Source of the DNA: Deltaproteobacteria bacterium
GTDB lineage: Bacteria > Desulfobacterota > Syntrophia > Syntrophales > Smithellaceae
DNA: 64,000 bases
Direction of reading: 5' to 3'
NCBI GenBank assembly: GCA_036528635.1
Contig: JAIGNE010000043.1
Location: 166,622 to 230,621 of the forward strand
Part shown: positions 36,262 to 46,946 of the stretch, one piece after another
Position numbering within the stretch: position 1 is the first letter of the stretch
Layout: the number at the start of each line of letters is the position of its first letter
Notes under the pieces: generated by a model
What the model saw: the letters and a program-made list of their open reading frames with translations, nothing else
The model's database searches: none
Told to the model about the DNA's origin: nothing
Translations under genes and position numbers: made by a program

Positions 36262-37959
36262 TCAATTACATTTATATCCTCCAAGGTTGGCCAGGGCGAC
36301 GCTGCCGGGGCTGATTACGGAAGGATCGACCTTGACATTGATACAGGCTGTCTTCCCGGAGGCAAACGCCGCTTCGAGCGCGGGCCGGATGTCTTCCGGT
36401 TTTTCCACAAATGCGCCGAAGCCTCCCAGGACCTCCACCATCTTGTGGTAATCGACCCAGCCCAGTTCCGTTCCGTTGGGGATGTTGTGTCCGAGGCGCA
36501 GCTGCTGGCTGTGCGCGATCATTCCCCAGGACTGGTCATTGGCAATCACCACGACGATGGGCAGCTTCTTGCGGATCGCCGTATGAAACTCCATGAAGTT
36601 GAAGCCCGCCGAACCGTCGCCCATCACGAGCAGAACGCGCTTATCCGGATGCTTCAGTTTGGCGGCGTTGGCGTAAGGAATGCCCACGGCCAGGCAGCCG
36701 TAAAGACCGTAATCCAGATACGTCCCGCCTTTGACGACGGTCCGGGTCATGCCCATCCAGGTGGACGTGTCGCCGCCGTCGGCGACGACGATGTCATCTT
36801 CCCGATCCATGAATTTGTTGATTTCATTGGCCAGACGCATGGGATGCATGGGCAGCGTTTCGCACTCCCACATCGCTTTGGCTTCTTTTTTGCCGGCATC
36901 ATGAGCGGTGCGGACGGTATCCACCCAGGGCTGATACTGTTTCTTCAGTGTGTCGCCGAGCTTTTGTTCATCCAGATCACCGTTCAACTCCTTGAGGAAG
37001 GATTTGATGTCGCTCACGATACCGAGATCAATCGTCCGGTTGCGCCCGATTTCATCAGCGGTGATGTCGACCTGAATGAACTTGGCCTGCGGCGGAAAAA
37101 TTTCTCCGAAAATATAGAAGAGACTTAATCGGCCGCCCAGGAAGAGCACCAGGTCGGTGGTCATGAGCGTGATCATGGCTGAGCCGGGACGGATGGCCAG
37201 AGAACCTTCGAAACAAAGGGGATGCGTATCGGGGATGACGCCGCGGCCGGCACCCGCCGTGTAAACCGGGATACCGATCTTCTCCACGAATTCGATGATC
37301 TCTTTTTCGGCATCCGAATACCACAGGCCGCTGCCGCCGATCACGATCGGGTTTTTGGCTGCCTTGAGCAGGTCGACAACCTTCCGGGTGTTCTCACGGT
37401 CGACGGGCTTGGAGGCGAGCGTCGTACTGGGCTTTTTGACGGCCGCCATGTTCACCTTGGCATTCAGAATGTTGCAGGGAAATTCCAGGTAGACGGGCCC
37501 CGGCCGGCCGCTCATCGCTGCACGGAACGCCATGTCCACGTATTCGGGAATCCGCTCCGGAATGTGACAGACAAACGCTTTCTTCACCATCGGCTCAATC
37601 ACCGGCAGCTGTGTCATGTCCTGCAGGTCCAGCTTTTCTGTAGACTCGGTTCCCACGCACCCGGCAATGAGGATAACCGGCGCGTTGGACAAACGGGCGC
37701 TCGCGATGCCCGACAGGGCATTGGTAAATCCAGGTCCGGCAGTGACCATCGCCACCGCGGGCTTGCGGTTCATCCGGGCCTGCGCCTCGGCCATAAAGAC
37801 GGCCGCCTGTTCATGGCGCACGTCAAAAAGAGTGACGCTTGTATTCTCCAGATACTGGTAAATCGGCGTAATGTGCCCGCCACTCAATGAAAAGACGTAA
37901 TCCACGCCCCGATCAACCAGGGCATCCGCGACGAGTTTGCCGCCAATAACGTTATCCAT
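36262..37959 (-). CDS. thiamine-pyrophosphate enzyme, acetolactate-synthase/oxalyl-CoA-decarboxylase-like
   Basis: N-terminal TPP-PYR domain (YVFSLSGGHITPIY, RHEQAAVFMAEA), central domain, and C-terminal TPP-binding GDGSAGFN. The ATG at 37959 (MDNVIGGK) is preceded by AAGGAGA; the track ORF starts upstream. Confidence 0.8.
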   Translation of the reverse strand: MDNVIGGKLVADALVDRGVDYVFSLSGGHITPIYQYLENTSVTLFDVRHEQAAVFMAEAQARMNRKPAVAMVTAGPGFTNALSGIASARLSNAPVILIAGCVGTESTEKLDLQDMTQLPVIEPMVKKAFVCHIPERIPEYVDMAFRAAMSGRPGPVYLEFPCNILNAKVNMAAVKKPSTTLASKPVDRENTRKVVDLLKAAKNPIVIGGSGLWYSDAEKEIIEFVEKIGIPVYTAGAGRGVIPDTHPLCFEGSLAIRPGSAMITLMTTDLVLFLGGRLSLFYIFGEIFPPQAKFIQVDITADEIGRNRTIDLGIVSDIKSFLKELNGDLDEQKLGDTLKKQYQPWVDTVRTAHDAGKKEAKAMWECETLPMHPMRLANEINKFMDREDDIVVADGGDTSTWMGMTRTVVKGGTYLDYGLYGCLAVGIPYANAAKLKHPDKRVLLVMGDGSAGFNFMEFHTAIRKKLPIVVVIANDQSWGMIAHSQQLRLGHNIPNGTELGWVDYHKMVEVLGGFGAFVEKPEDIRPALEAAFASGKTACINVKVDPSVISPGSVALANLGGYKCN

Positions 37960-37994
37960 GATAATATCTCCTTCTAAAGGCTGGTAAATTTTTT

Positions 37995-38834
37995 TTATAA
38001 TTCCATGCACTGGCCGCCATCGACATTGATGGCCTGTCCGGTAATGTAGCGCGAAGCGTCGGACGCCAGGAAGGCCACCAGATCAGCGGCTTCACCCGGG
38101 CTGCCGATACAACCCAGGGGAATGGTTTTGCACATTTCCTTTTCCCGTTCTTCAATCGTCGTGCCGAAAAACGACGCCTCCAGGCCGAAGCGCCACTTCT
38201 CCAGATCCGTCGCGATTTGCCCCGGGCAGATGGCATTGACCCGGATGCCGTTGCCGCCCAGCTCCTTGGCCATGGTCTTGGTCAGCATGATGACGCCGGC
38301 TTTGGCCACGGCGTAGGCGCTGTTAAAAATGGGGGGCACCTTGCCGGCCCTGGAGGCCGTGTTGATGATGACAGCGGGTTTGCCCGCCATGAGCGGGACA
38401 ACGGCACGCGAGATGCGAAAGACCGAAAACAGGTTCACGTCGATGGTCCTGATCCAGGCCGCTTCATCATAGCTAAGGACGGTGTTGGGCACGCCGAAAG
38501 ACGCTCCCGCGTTGTTGCAGAGGATATCGATGTGGTCGAAGCTGCCCTTGATGGTTTCCACCATCGCGCTGATGGCCTGGTTATCCGTCACGTCAACGGA
38601 GACGGCCAGGGTTTTCACGCCGTGTGTTTTGGCCAGTTCCGCGGCAATTGCGTTCATCTCCTCGCCGGTCGCCGACTTCAGGGATTCGCCCGGCGTCGGC
38701 GCGACGCCCAGATCGGCGATGATGACATGGCATCCGCAGGACGCCAGCTTTTCGGCAATCGCGTAGCCAATGCCCGTTTTTTTGCCGGCTCCCGTAACAA
38801 TGGCCGTCTTTTCTTTCAAATCGTTATAAATCAT
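37995..38834 (-). CDS. SDR-family NAD(P)-dependent oxidoreductase
   Basis: [10 protein letters not shown] cofactor motif, NNAG, and a catalytic YxxxK-like region (YAVAK). The ATG at 38834 (MIYNDL) is preceded by GAAGGAGG and lies 5 nt after the upstream stop. Confidence 0.8.
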   Translation of the reverse strand: MIYNDLKEKTAIVTGAGKKTGIGYAIAEKLASCGCHVIIADLGVAPTPGESLKSATGEEMNAIAAELAKTHGVKTLAVSVDVTDNQAISAMVETIKGSFDHIDILCNNAGASFGVPNTVLSYDEAAWIRTIDVNLFSVFRISRAVVPLMAGKPAVIINTASRAGKVPPIFNSAYAVAKAGVIMLTKTMAKELGGNGIRVNAICPGQIATDLEKWRFGLEASFFGTTIEEREKEMCKTIPLGCIGSPGEAADLVAFLASDASRYITGQAINVDGGQCMEL

Positions 38835-40587
38835 CGGATCCTCCTTCATCGTACCAATGACGATGATCCAGATGGGCGTATTTGGGCAGGAAGCGCGTCG
38901 GCAGCGCCAGGGCGTCTTTCCGGAAAGGCGGCGCGAGCTGCTTGCCGTCCACCAGAAATTCGAGAACGGTCGGCTTGCGGCTTTTCAGGCAGGTATCCAA
39001 TGCTCCCCGGATATCCGCGGGCTTGCTGACTTGCATACTGTTGGCGCCCATGGCCTTGGCGACGGGCACGAAGCTCTCCGGATTGGGAATGTCCACGCCG
39101 ACGAAACGGTTGTTGTAAAAGTCCACCTGGTTTTTCGCCTCGGCGCCCCACCACATGTTGCGGAAAACGCAGGCAACGACGGGCAGGTTATGCTCAACGG
39201 CCGTGCTGACTTCATGGAGGCTCATGCCCCACGCCCCGTCGCCGATGATGGCGATGACCGGTGATTTGGGCTTGGCAATCTGCGCACCCAGGGCCGCGGG
39301 ATAGGCAAAGCCCGTGTTGCCGAAAGTGAGCGCCGCGATATGCTGCCTCGGGTGGTTGAACTTGAGATAGCTGTTGGCCGTGGAGGCGACGTTGCCGATA
39401 TCGGTTGTGACAATGGCATCCTCCGGAAGGGCCTGCGTGATTTCCAGCAGGGCGCGGCGGGGGTTCATGGGGCTGCCGTCCACCATCGCCAGACCGACAA
39501 TCTCCTTTTCCCAGATTTTCTTTTCCTTCGCCACGGCAGCCAGGCGTTTCTCATTAGGCACGCGCTTCCGGTCCGCGGCCTTGAGGCGTTTCAGGATTTC
39601 CACCGTCGCCTCCTTCGCGTCGCCGATGATGCCGACCTCGATGGGGTGAGTCCGGGCGATGTGTTTGGGGTTGATATCGATCTGGATGATCTTCGCATTT
39701 TCCGGGAAGTAATTGATGTCATACTGGGGCAGCGTTCCGAAGACGGAGAGCCGCGTCCCGATGGCCAGCATGACGTCGGCCTTGGCCAGCGTCTTCATGG
39801 CCGCCTTGGAACCCATGTAGCCGATGGGACCGACGGACAGCGGATGATTTCCGTAAAACGCGTCGTTGTGAAGGTAGGTCACAGCGACGGGGGCCGTCAG
39901 GTGTTCGGCGATCGCCTTCACGATATCGAGCGCCTCGGCGTCCACGACGCCGCGGCCGGAAACGATGACGGGATTTTTGGCAGAGGCAAGCAGTTCGGCG
40001 GCGCGGTCCAGTTGCGCCATAGATCCGCAGCCCCGGGCATCCACACGGTATTGCGAAGGCGTTAGGATCTTTTCCTCCAGTTCACCGTAGAAGTAGTCGC
40101 GGGGAATATCATACAGGACGGCGCCGCGGTCGGCGTAGGCAATACGGAATGCCGTTCTCAGGCAATCGGCAGCTCTTTTGGGATGAGGAACGCGGACGAC
40201 GGCTTTCGTAACAGACCGGAAGACGGACATCTGGTCGCACTCCTGGAAACCGTCCCAGCCGATCGTCGGTGTTCCGGCCGAGGGCGAAATAATCACCAGG
40301 GGCGTATGGCCCATGTTCGCCGCGGCCACCGATGTGACCATGTTCGTGATGCCGGGGCCGTTCTGGCCGGTGACGACGCCGCAGCGCCCCGATATGCGGC
40401 TGTAGGCGTCTTCCATATGGGCGGCGCTCTGTTCATGACGAACGGGAATGAACTTGATCCCGGCCGTCGGGAAGAGGTCCAGCATGTCCATAAACGCCGA
40501 TCCGACGATGCCGCAAACATGGTCCACGCCCTCTGCAAGCAGCGTCTCAACGATCGCTTCGCTGGGTGTCATTTTAACCTTTTTCAT
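38824..40587 (-). CDS. TPP-dependent enzyme resembling sulfoacetaldehyde acetyltransferase (Xsc-like; ALS/POX superfamily)
   Basis: N-terminus [40 protein letters not shown]...[13 protein letters not shown]...GQNGPGITN...[18 protein letters not shown]. This matches the Xsc N-terminal pattern as I recall it (GSAxM rather than the ALS PGGA motif). Length is about 587 aa. The start with GGAGGT SD at 40587 is preferred over the ATGA-overlap ATG at 40656. Confidence 0.55.
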   Translation of the reverse strand: MKKVKMTPSEAIVETLLAEGVDHVCGIVGSAFMDMLDLFPTAGIKFIPVRHEQSAAHMEDAYSRISGRCGVVTGQNGPGITNMVTSVAAANMGHTPLVIISPSAGTPTIGWDGFQECDQMSVFRSVTKAVVRVPHPKRAADCLRTAFRIAYADRGAVLYDIPRDYFYGELEEKILTPSQYRVDARGCGSMAQLDRAAELLASAKNPVIVSGRGVVDAEALDIVKAIAEHLTAPVAVTYLHNDAFYGNHPLSVGPIGYMGSKAAMKTLAKADVMLAIGTRLSVFGTLPQYDINYFPENAKIIQIDINPKHIARTHPIEVGIIGDAKEATVEILKRLKAADRKRVPNEKRLAAVAKEKKIWEKEIVGLAMVDGSPMNPRRALLEITQALPEDAIVTTDIGNVASTANSYLKFNHPRQHIAALTFGNTGFAYPAALGAQIAKPKSPVIAIIGDGAWGMSLHEVSTAVEHNLPVVACVFRNMWWGAEAKNQVDFYNNRFVGVDIPNPESFVPVAKAMGANSMQVSKPADIRGALDTCLKSRKPTVLEFLVDGKQLAPPFRKDALALPTRFLPKYAHLDHRHWYDEGGSDDL

Positions 40588-40652
40588 TTTGATTACCTCC
40601 AATATCGATTCATTGTTGAATGGTTGAAAAACGCGGTCGCTTGCGGCCCGTT

Positions 40653-41852
40653 TCATTGTTGCCGTAAAACCGCCCAGGACTCGCAGGCGATCATTTTTTC
40701 TTCATCTGTCGGTACGACGAAAACGTTGATTTTTGATTCCCATGCGGAGATGACCCGTTCGCCGTCGCCGTCGATGTTTCTATCCTCATCGAGAACGATG
40801 CCCAGCCAGGACAGGAAGCCTAAGATCCGTCGCCGCATCTGCGGCGAGTGCTCACCGATCCCCGCCGTGAAGGCCAGGGCGTCCAATCCATCGATCGCCG
40901 GAATCAGCGAGCCCACGCCCCGGGCCACGCTGTAGGCAAAAACGGCCAGCGCCAGGTGCGCGCGCTCATGACCCTGGGCGGCCGCCTTTTCCAGGTCGCG
41001 GAAGTCGGGGGACACGCCGGAAATTCCCAGAACCCCGCTCTGCCGGTTGAGGATTTCCATGACACCGGCCATAGAGCAGCTTTCCTTTTCCATGATGAAG
41101 GAAACGACCGCCGGATCGATGTCTCCCGAGCGCGTGCCCATGACCAGTCCCGACAGCGGCGTGAAGCCCATGGAAGTGTCCAGCGATTGATCCCCCCTCA
41201 CGGCGCAGAGGCTGGAACCCGCGCCAAGATGACAGGTGATGATCCGCGGTGCTGCGGTCTTGTCCCGCAGGAGCTCCGCCGTGCGGCGCGCGACATACCG
41301 GTGCGACGTGCCATGGAAACCATAGCGGCGGACGTGGTCTTCGGTGTAATACCGGTACGGAATGGCGTACGTGAAGGCATGCGCGGGCATGCTCTGGTGA
41401 AAGGCCGTATCGAAGACGGCCACCTGCGGCACGCCGGGCATCAGATTGGCGCAGACATCAATGCCCATAAGGTTCGGGGGATTATGCAGCGGCGCGAGCT
41501 TTTTGGTTGACTCGAGGATCTCGCGCGCTGCGGCATCTATCACGACAGACATTCGGAAATGCTCGCCGCCGTGAACAACGCGGTGTCCGATGCCGCCTAT
41601 CTCACTCATGTCGGACAGGATGCCCCGCCGGCAATCCACCAGATAGGTCAGGAGAACCTGTACGGCTTCCTGGTGATTTCGCAGCGGCTTTTTATCCAGA
41701 AAAGCCGCTCGCCCTTTTACGTCATGGCGAAACAAGGCTTCGGTCTGGCCGATGCGGTCTGCCTGACCGTTCGCCAGGACAACGCCTTCCGGCATATCGA
41801 AAAGCTTATACTTTAAAGAGGAGCTGCCGCAATTCAAGACGAGAATCTTCAC
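40653..41852 (-). CDS. ackA: acetate kinase
   Basis: [19 protein letters not shown]-terminus plus an acetate/propionate kinase signature. The GTG start overlaps the dsrP TGA stop (GTGA). Confidence 0.9.
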   Translation of the reverse strand: MKILVLNCGSSSLKYKLFDMPEGVVLANGQADRIGQTEALFRHDVKGRAAFLDKKPLRNHQEAVQVLLTYLVDCRRGILSDMSEIGGIGHRVVHGGEHFRMSVVIDAAAREILESTKKLAPLHNPPNLMGIDVCANLMPGVPQVAVFDTAFHQSMPAHAFTYAIPYRYYTEDHVRRYGFHGTSHRYVARRTAELLRDKTAAPRIITCHLGAGSSLCAVRGDQSLDTSMGFTPLSGLVMGTRSGDIDPAVVSFIMEKESCSMAGVMEILNRQSGVLGISGVSPDFRDLEKAAAQGHERAHLALAVFAYSVARGVGSLIPAIDGLDALAFTAGIGEHSPQMRRRILGFLSWLGIVLDEDRNIDGDGERVISAWESKINVFVVPTDEEKMIACESWAVLRQQ

Positions 41853-43051
41853 AAATCACACCCCGCTTCTTTCTCCACGGCTGGAGAAACCCTGCTCTCC
41901 CCCGAAGTGCTGCGAACGGCAATGAAAACCCGGTAAAGGATCGTCAGGATCAAAAATCCCCCGGCCCAGACGCCCAGCGTAATGCCGATCTCCAGGCCTG
42001 TCGGCGTGTATTCGGTTATATGATCCAGCGGCGACGGGATAAAGCCCGTCACGACAAGACCCAGTCCTTTCTCGATCCACAGTGAGATAAAAACGGCCGC
42101 GCAGGCGATGGCTAAAAGCCAATCCCGTTTCGTCGTTTGCGGAAGCAGCAATACAACCAGAGCGCCAAAAGCCAGCAGCACCGACATCCACATCCAGGCG
42201 ACAAGATTTGTATGGCCTTCCAGGCCGACAAACAGATAGCGGAAGGGCAGGCCGTGCTCCGGAATCCCGCTGTAGAAGGCCGTGAAGAGTTCAACGGCGA
42301 CAAAAAAGATACTCGCCGCCAACGCATAGGCGACGATCCGGGAAAGCATCCGAACGGCCCTGGCGCCCGCGTCAAATGATCCGGTATGCTTCAGGATCAG
42401 GCAAAAGATAATCAGCAGGGCCGGGCCCGACGCAAAAGCGGAGGCCAAAAACCGGGGGGCCATAATCGCCGTGAGCCAGAAGCTGCGTCCGGGAAGACCG
42501 GCATAGATAAAAGCGGTGATGGTGTGGATGCTGACCGCCCACGGAATGGACACGATGATCAGGGGCTTGACCCACGCAGGCGGCGCGATCCCCTTGCCAT
42601 TGGCGGCAAGAACCGTCCAGCCGGTGATGAGATTAATCAGCAGATAACCGGACAAAACGATCATGTCCCAGAACAAAATAGAGGTCGGCGAAGGATGGAG
42701 GATGACGTTCATCACGCGTTCCGGCCGGCCCAGATCAATGAAGATGAAGGCCACGCACATGACGACGGCGGCTACCGCGAGGAATTCCCCCAGGACTGTG
42801 ATCCGTCCGAAGACTTTGTAGTCATGCAGATAATAAGGCAGGACGACCATCACGGCCGAAGCGGCAATGCCGACCAGAAACGTAAACTGAGCGATATAAA
42901 GCCCCCAGCTGACGTTGCGGCTCATGCCCGTAATTCCCAGGCCCTGATCCAACTGGACCAGGTAGCATAAGAAGCCGGAACCCATGACAGCCAGCAAAAA
43001 CAGGATCCAGATCCAGTATGGCCATTTTCCTCTCAGCGCTTTTTCCAGCAT
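41849..43051 (-). CDS. dsrP: DsrP, NrfD/PsrC-family integral membrane quinone-interacting subunit of the DsrMKJOP complex
   Basis: 10-TM NrfD-like protein downstream of dsrO. Start assigned to the internal ATG (MLEKALRGKWPYW) with a GAGG SD, 7 nt after the dsrO stop. The track ORF extends to 43171. Confidence 0.8.
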   Translation of the reverse strand: MLEKALRGKWPYWIWILFLLAVMGSGFLCYLVQLDQGLGITGMSRNVSWGLYIAQFTFLVGIAASAVMVVLPYYLHDYKVFGRITVLGEFLAVAAVVMCVAFIFIDLGRPERVMNVILHPSPTSILFWDMIVLSGYLLINLITGWTVLAANGKGIAPPAWVKPLIIVSIPWAVSIHTITAFIYAGLPGRSFWLTAIMAPRFLASAFASGPALLIIFCLILKHTGSFDAGARAVRMLSRIVAYALAASIFFVAVELFTAFYSGIPEHGLPFRYLFVGLEGHTNLVAWMWMSVLLAFGALVVLLLPQTTKRDWLLAIACAAVFISLWIEKGLGLVVTGFIPSPLDHITEYTPTGLEIGITLGVWAGGFLILTILYRVFIAVRSTSGESRVSPAVEKEAGCDL

Positions 43052-43058
43052 AGGAGCC

Positions 43059-43850
43059 TCATAAACTATAATAGATCTGCGGTTCAGTCCCGAGGATGGG
43101 GCGTCTGCGCAGGGTAAAACGGTTTTGGATGAAGGTACGTATTTCCGATTGCGGATCTTCCGGGTCGCCAAAAATCAGGGCCTTCTCTTTACAGGCCAGA
43201 ACACAGGCGGGCAGCATGCCTTTGGCCAGCCGCTCCTCGCAGAAGTTGCATTTCTCCACCACGCCCCTGGCGCGTGTGGGAAAATCGGATGTGATCCTTT
43301 TGATCTTCGGGCGGGGGTCGCGGTAATTCATGCTGCGGGCTCCGTACGGACAGGCGGCCATGCAAAAACGGCAGCCGATGCAGCGATGGTAATCCATCAT
43401 GACAATGCCGTCTTCCCTGCGGAAAGTCGCCTTCGTGGGACAGACGCGGACGCAGGGTGGATTGGCGCAGTGATTGCACAAAACAAGCGGTCGCATGGAT
43501 CGGGTATTTTGGGGGAGATAAGAATGATTCTCCTCGGGGAAAATGCGGGGGAACTCCTCGTGCCAGATCCATTTGATTTCATCTTTGGGATTGCCGAAAT
43601 CGGGAACATTGTGAACCGCATGGCAGGCATCGATGCAATCGGTGCACGAGGCCGGGCATTTGCTTCCATCGACCGCCATCGCCCAGCGTCGGGCTTTAAG
43701 CGCAGGCAGGGTTCCGGTGGACGGTGCGAATTTTCGTCCCGCGTCAGAGCCTGCGGCCAGCGACTGAGGCAGAATCAAGGCCTGGGGCAGGACCAGGGCC
43801 AGGGCGGATGCCCCTGTTATTTTTAAAAATTCCCTGCGACTCGATTCCAT
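43059..43850 (-). CDS. dsrO: DsrO, periplasmic 4Fe-4S ferredoxin-like subunit (Tat-secreted)
   Basis: Twin-arginine signal MESSRREFLKITGASALAL. Several CxxCxxCxxxCP ferredoxin motifs. The TAATG overlaps the dsrJ stop. The track ORF extends to 43952. Confidence 0.8.
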   Translation of the reverse strand: MESSRREFLKITGASALALVLPQALILPQSLAAGSDAGRKFAPSTGTLPALKARRWAMAVDGSKCPASCTDCIDACHAVHNVPDFGNPKDEIKWIWHEEFPRIFPEENHSYLPQNTRSMRPLVLCNHCANPPCVRVCPTKATFRREDGIVMMDYHRCIGCRFCMAACPYGARSMNYRDPRPKIKRITSDFPTRARGVVEKCNFCEERLAKGMLPACVLACKEKALIFGDPEDPQSEIRTFIQNRFTLRRRPILGTEPQIYYSL

Positions 43851-44251
43851 TATTTCACCTCTTCGGGAACAACGTGGCAGCTCCAGCATGCGGGCTTCGC
43901 GCCCAAATAGTTGTGACACCGGTCGCAAAACTGCTCCTTGTTGCTGTGGCATTTCAGGCAGGTGTTTGTGAGCCCGATCTCATAGGTCTTTCCATTTTTA
44001 GCGATGTAGCGATGGTTACCCTGCCTCACGGCCTGATCTCTCCATTCGCCCAGAAGCTTCATATGACTGGTTCTCATGAAGGTCTTGTCTTCCACGCATT
44101 TCTTATTCGGCAGTTGGGCAATCGCGGGCGTATCGAGATCGAGCCTGGGCGGCTCAGATTTCTTACCCCCGCCGTACCAGAAGGGAAACGTGACCCCGAC
44201 GATAAAAATCACCAGTCCCAGAATGATCAAGCCCCATTTTTTATTTTTCAT
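43850..44251 (-). CDS. dsrJ: DsrJ, periplasmic triheme cytochrome c
   Basis: Signal anchor MKNKKWGLIILGLVIFIV. Three CxxCH heme motifs (CLKCH, CDRCH, CWSCH). About 133 aa. The track ORF starts upstream at 44311. Confidence 0.8.
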   Translation of the reverse strand: MKNKKWGLIILGLVIFIVGVTFPFWYGGGKKSEPPRLDLDTPAIAQLPNKKCVEDKTFMRTSHMKLLGEWRDQAVRQGNHRYIAKNGKTYEIGLTNTCLKCHSNKEQFCDRCHNYLGAKPACWSCHVVPEEVK

Positions 44252-44268
44252 CTTTTTACATCCACCAT

Positions 44269-44296
44269 GCAGGGAACAGTCGTGACTGTTCCCTAC
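44269..44296. repeat. REP-like palindromic element (same family as 9958-9985)
   Basis: GCAGGGAACAGTCG|TGACTGTTCCCTAC in the 77-nt dsrK-dsrJ spacer. Confidence 0.6.
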
Positions 44297-44328
44297 GGTT
44301 CTATCCACCATTCACTATCCACCATCCA

Positions 44329-45930
44329 CTAATGGCCAATCTCATCGCCTCGCAGGTCAACGGTCCTTTCCTTTTCGCCCTCCATCACCAGGGCATTGCC
44401 CAGAAGCTCATGAACGCCCATAACACCCACGCCCGGCACCCAGTAATCCATGAGCGTGGTGAGAGTGGCCCGGTCGATGGCGCACATGCAGGCCAGGCGG
44501 TTGACTCCGTATTTCTCCAAGACGGCCTTCACGGCCATGGCCCGCGGCATTCCGCCGCGCATGCGCATCTCCAGGTTTTCTTCGTTCCCCAGACCCGCCC
44601 CGGAGCCGCAGCAAAGGGTCTTCTCCCGAATGGTGTCTTCCGCCATCTCATAAAAATGGTGGCATGTTTGTTTGATGATGTACCGTGGTTCTTCCAGAAG
44701 CCCCATGGCCCGCGCCGGGTTGCAGGAATCATGATACGTCACACGCAGATGATCATTACGGCGGGGATCAAGGCGCAGCTTTCCGTGCTGGATCAGATCA
44801 GCGGTGAACTCGGCAATGTGGACCATTTTGGTCGATTTCGCGTTTTCAAACCGCGTGCCGGTGATGGGAGAGACCGGTTCTTCGAGAAAATCCGCGGGGC
44901 CGTTCATGGTATCCATATACTGATGGATCACCCGCCACATATGACCGCATTCGCCGCCCAGGATCCACTTGACGCCCAGGCGTTTGGCCTCGGCGTATAT
45001 TTTGGAATTGAGCCGCTTGACCATTTCCGCGGATGTGAACAGACCGAAATTGCCGCCTTCGGAGGCATAGGTGCTGAAGGTATAATTGAGGCCGATCTCG
45101 TGGAACAGCATCATATAACCCATGCAGGTATAGGTTCCCGGATCGGCAAAGAAGTCGCCCGACGGCGCGATAAAGAGAATGTCGGCACCTTTTTTGTTCA
45201 GCGGAACAGCCACGCGGACTCCCGTCCGTTCTTCAATATCGTCGGCCATGAATTCCAGCATGTCCTTGATGCCGCCCGGCTGGATGCCCAGGTGATTGCC
45301 CGTGCGGAAGCAGTTGGCCGCGGGTTCGATGACCCAGTTGATATTGCAGCCCACCAGGTTCAGGAGTTCCCGGCCCATCATCGTGATTTCCGCCTGATCG
45401 ATGCCATACGGACAGAAGACGGAGCAGCGGCGGCACTCGGTGCACTGGTAGAAGTAATAAAACCACTCTTTGAGGACATCCTCCGTCAGATCGCGGGCGC
45501 CGGCGAGTCTGCCGAAAAGTTTACCGGCCGTCGTAAAATAGCGGCGGTAAACGGAGCGCAGGAGCTCGGCCCGCAGGACCGGCATATTTTTGGGATCGCC
45601 TGAACCCATGTAGAAATGGCATTTGTCCGCGCAGGCGCCGCAGCGCACACAGATGTCCATGAAGAGGCGAAAGGAACGGTATTTTTCCAGGCGTTCCCGC
45701 ATCCCTTCGAGGATGATTTCTTTCCAGTTGGCGGGCAGCTTCCAGTCAACGTCTGTCGGTTGCCAGGCGCGCGGATTCGGGAGATCCAGAAGCGTCAGGC
45801 TTTTTGCGCCCCCGCTGTAGCTCCAGGTTCCCGGCCGGAAATCGACCGGGGTATCCATCCATGTGGTCTTAGGCGGCACAAAGTCGATTTGGATGAGTTC
45901 ATCCGGTTGGGGAATCTTCACGTGCGCCAC
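44329..45930 (-). CDS. dsrK: DsrK, HdrD-like CCG-domain iron-sulfur catalytic subunit
   Basis: Two ferredoxin-like Cys clusters (CVRCGACADKC and CTECRRCSVFCP) and C-terminal CCG motifs (HDSCN..., CCGSGAG). Follows dsrM with a 2-nt gap. Confidence 0.85.
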   Translation of the reverse strand: MAHVKIPQPDELIQIDFVPPKTTWMDTPVDFRPGTWSYSGGAKSLTLLDLPNPRAWQPTDVDWKLPANWKEIILEGMRERLEKYRSFRLFMDICVRCGACADKCHFYMGSGDPKNMPVLRAELLRSVYRRYFTTAGKLFGRLAGARDLTEDVLKEWFYYFYQCTECRRCSVFCPYGIDQAEITMMGRELLNLVGCNINWVIEPAANCFRTGNHLGIQPGGIKDMLEFMADDIEERTGVRVAVPLNKKGADILFIAPSGDFFADPGTYTCMGYMMLFHEIGLNYTFSTYASEGGNFGLFTSAEMVKRLNSKIYAEAKRLGVKWILGGECGHMWRVIHQYMDTMNGPADFLEEPVSPITGTRFENAKSTKMVHIAEFTADLIQHGKLRLDPRRNDHLRVTYHDSCNPARAMGLLEEPRYIIKQTCHHFYEMAEDTIREKTLCCGSGAGLGNEENLEMRMRGGMPRAMAVKAVLEKYGVNRLACMCAIDRATLTTLMDYWVPGVGVMGVHELLGNALVMEGEKERTVDLRGDEIGH

Positions 45931-45932
45931 GG

Positions 45933-46922
45933 TTACTCCTTTTCCACGGGCAATCCCGCGGCCTTCATCTTGTCCCGGAACTCGTTTTCGTATTCTTCAT
46001 AGGTATGAACCGGAACGGGTCCGTTCCACGGATTGATATGTCTCTGGTTGCGGCTGTCGTTGGCCTGATTGCGCGTCGGACTGAGAAAGACGCCGCCTGC
46101 GTGCATGAGCTTGCTTGCCGGAAACCAGGCCAGAAGAACGCAGATCAAAAATAAATGAATGAAGAAGATCATGCTCAGGCCTTTAGGCGCAGCAGGGGAG
46201 AGGCTTACCCATCCCATGACCAGCGCCTTGACCTGCTCCAGATCCGTGGGCTGGATGTGACGCATCCAGAGGCCCGTTGCGGCAATCGCCAGGATGAGCA
46301 GCAGGGCGAAGTAATCCGATACCTGCGAGATATAACGAAGCTGTGCGCTGACCATCCTTCTCGCGAGCAGGAAGGCGGCGGCCGCAAGGAGCGTTATGTC
46401 ACTCAGATACAGCGTCGGGATGGCCAGTTCCAGAAAGCCGTCCACGGCGGTAAGGCCCGCAATCCCGGGGAGGATGGGTTCCGTAAAGAAGCGCAGATGG
46501 CGCAGGATGATCATAAGCAGCGAACCATGGAAGAGCAGGCCGAAAAACCACAGCCAGTTGGCGCTGCCGTGAACCGGCCTTCCGTTGACGATCTCCATGT
46601 CGCAATTGCGGAAAAGCGACCGGAAGAGCAAAATCTCCAAAGCCATCCGGCCGATGACACCGGGGATACCCGCCGGGTTTTCCAAAGGACTGGATTTGAT
46701 CCAGGGGAGCGATTTTTCCTGGCCGCACGTTGTGGGGATACGGAAGGGAACCGGTGATTGTCCCCACGTGATCAGGCGATAAATAACGCCGCAAACGAAA
46801 ACAGCAAAAGCCGCATAGGGCAGGACAACGGCCAGGATAAAGATCATGCCGTGGCTCATAGCGATGCCCAGAGCCAGCAGGGCTAAAATCAAAACGGCGA
46901 TGAACGATATTACAAGATTCAT
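45933..46922 (-). CDS. dsrM: DsrM, NarI/HdrE-like membrane dihaem cytochrome b
   Basis: Multi-TM protein with conserved His in helices, immediately upstream of dsrK. Confidence 0.8.
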   Translation of the reverse strand: MNLVISFIAVLILALLALGIAMSHGMIFILAVVLPYAAFAVFVCGVIYRLITWGQSPVPFRIPTTCGQEKSLPWIKSSPLENPAGIPGVIGRMALEILLFRSLFRNCDMEIVNGRPVHGSANWLWFFGLLFHGSLLMIILRHLRFFTEPILPGIAGLTAVDGFLELAIPTLYLSDITLLAAAAFLLARRMVSAQLRYISQVSDYFALLLILAIAATGLWMRHIQPTDLEQVKALVMGWVSLSPAAPKGLSMIFFIHLFLICVLLAWFPASKLMHAGGVFLSPTRNQANDSRNQRHINPWNGPVPVHTYEEYENEFRDKMKAAGLPVEKE

Positions 46923-46946
46923 AATGGCGTCTGCCTCATTTGCTTC

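Noticed and set aside
40587-40656. ATGA-overlap start for the Xsc-like gene at 40656 (23 extra N-terminal residues)
   Set aside because: No Shine-Dalgarno precedes it. The downstream ATG at 40587 has a perfect GGAGGT SD and gives an N-terminus ([11 protein letters not shown]) typical of the family.
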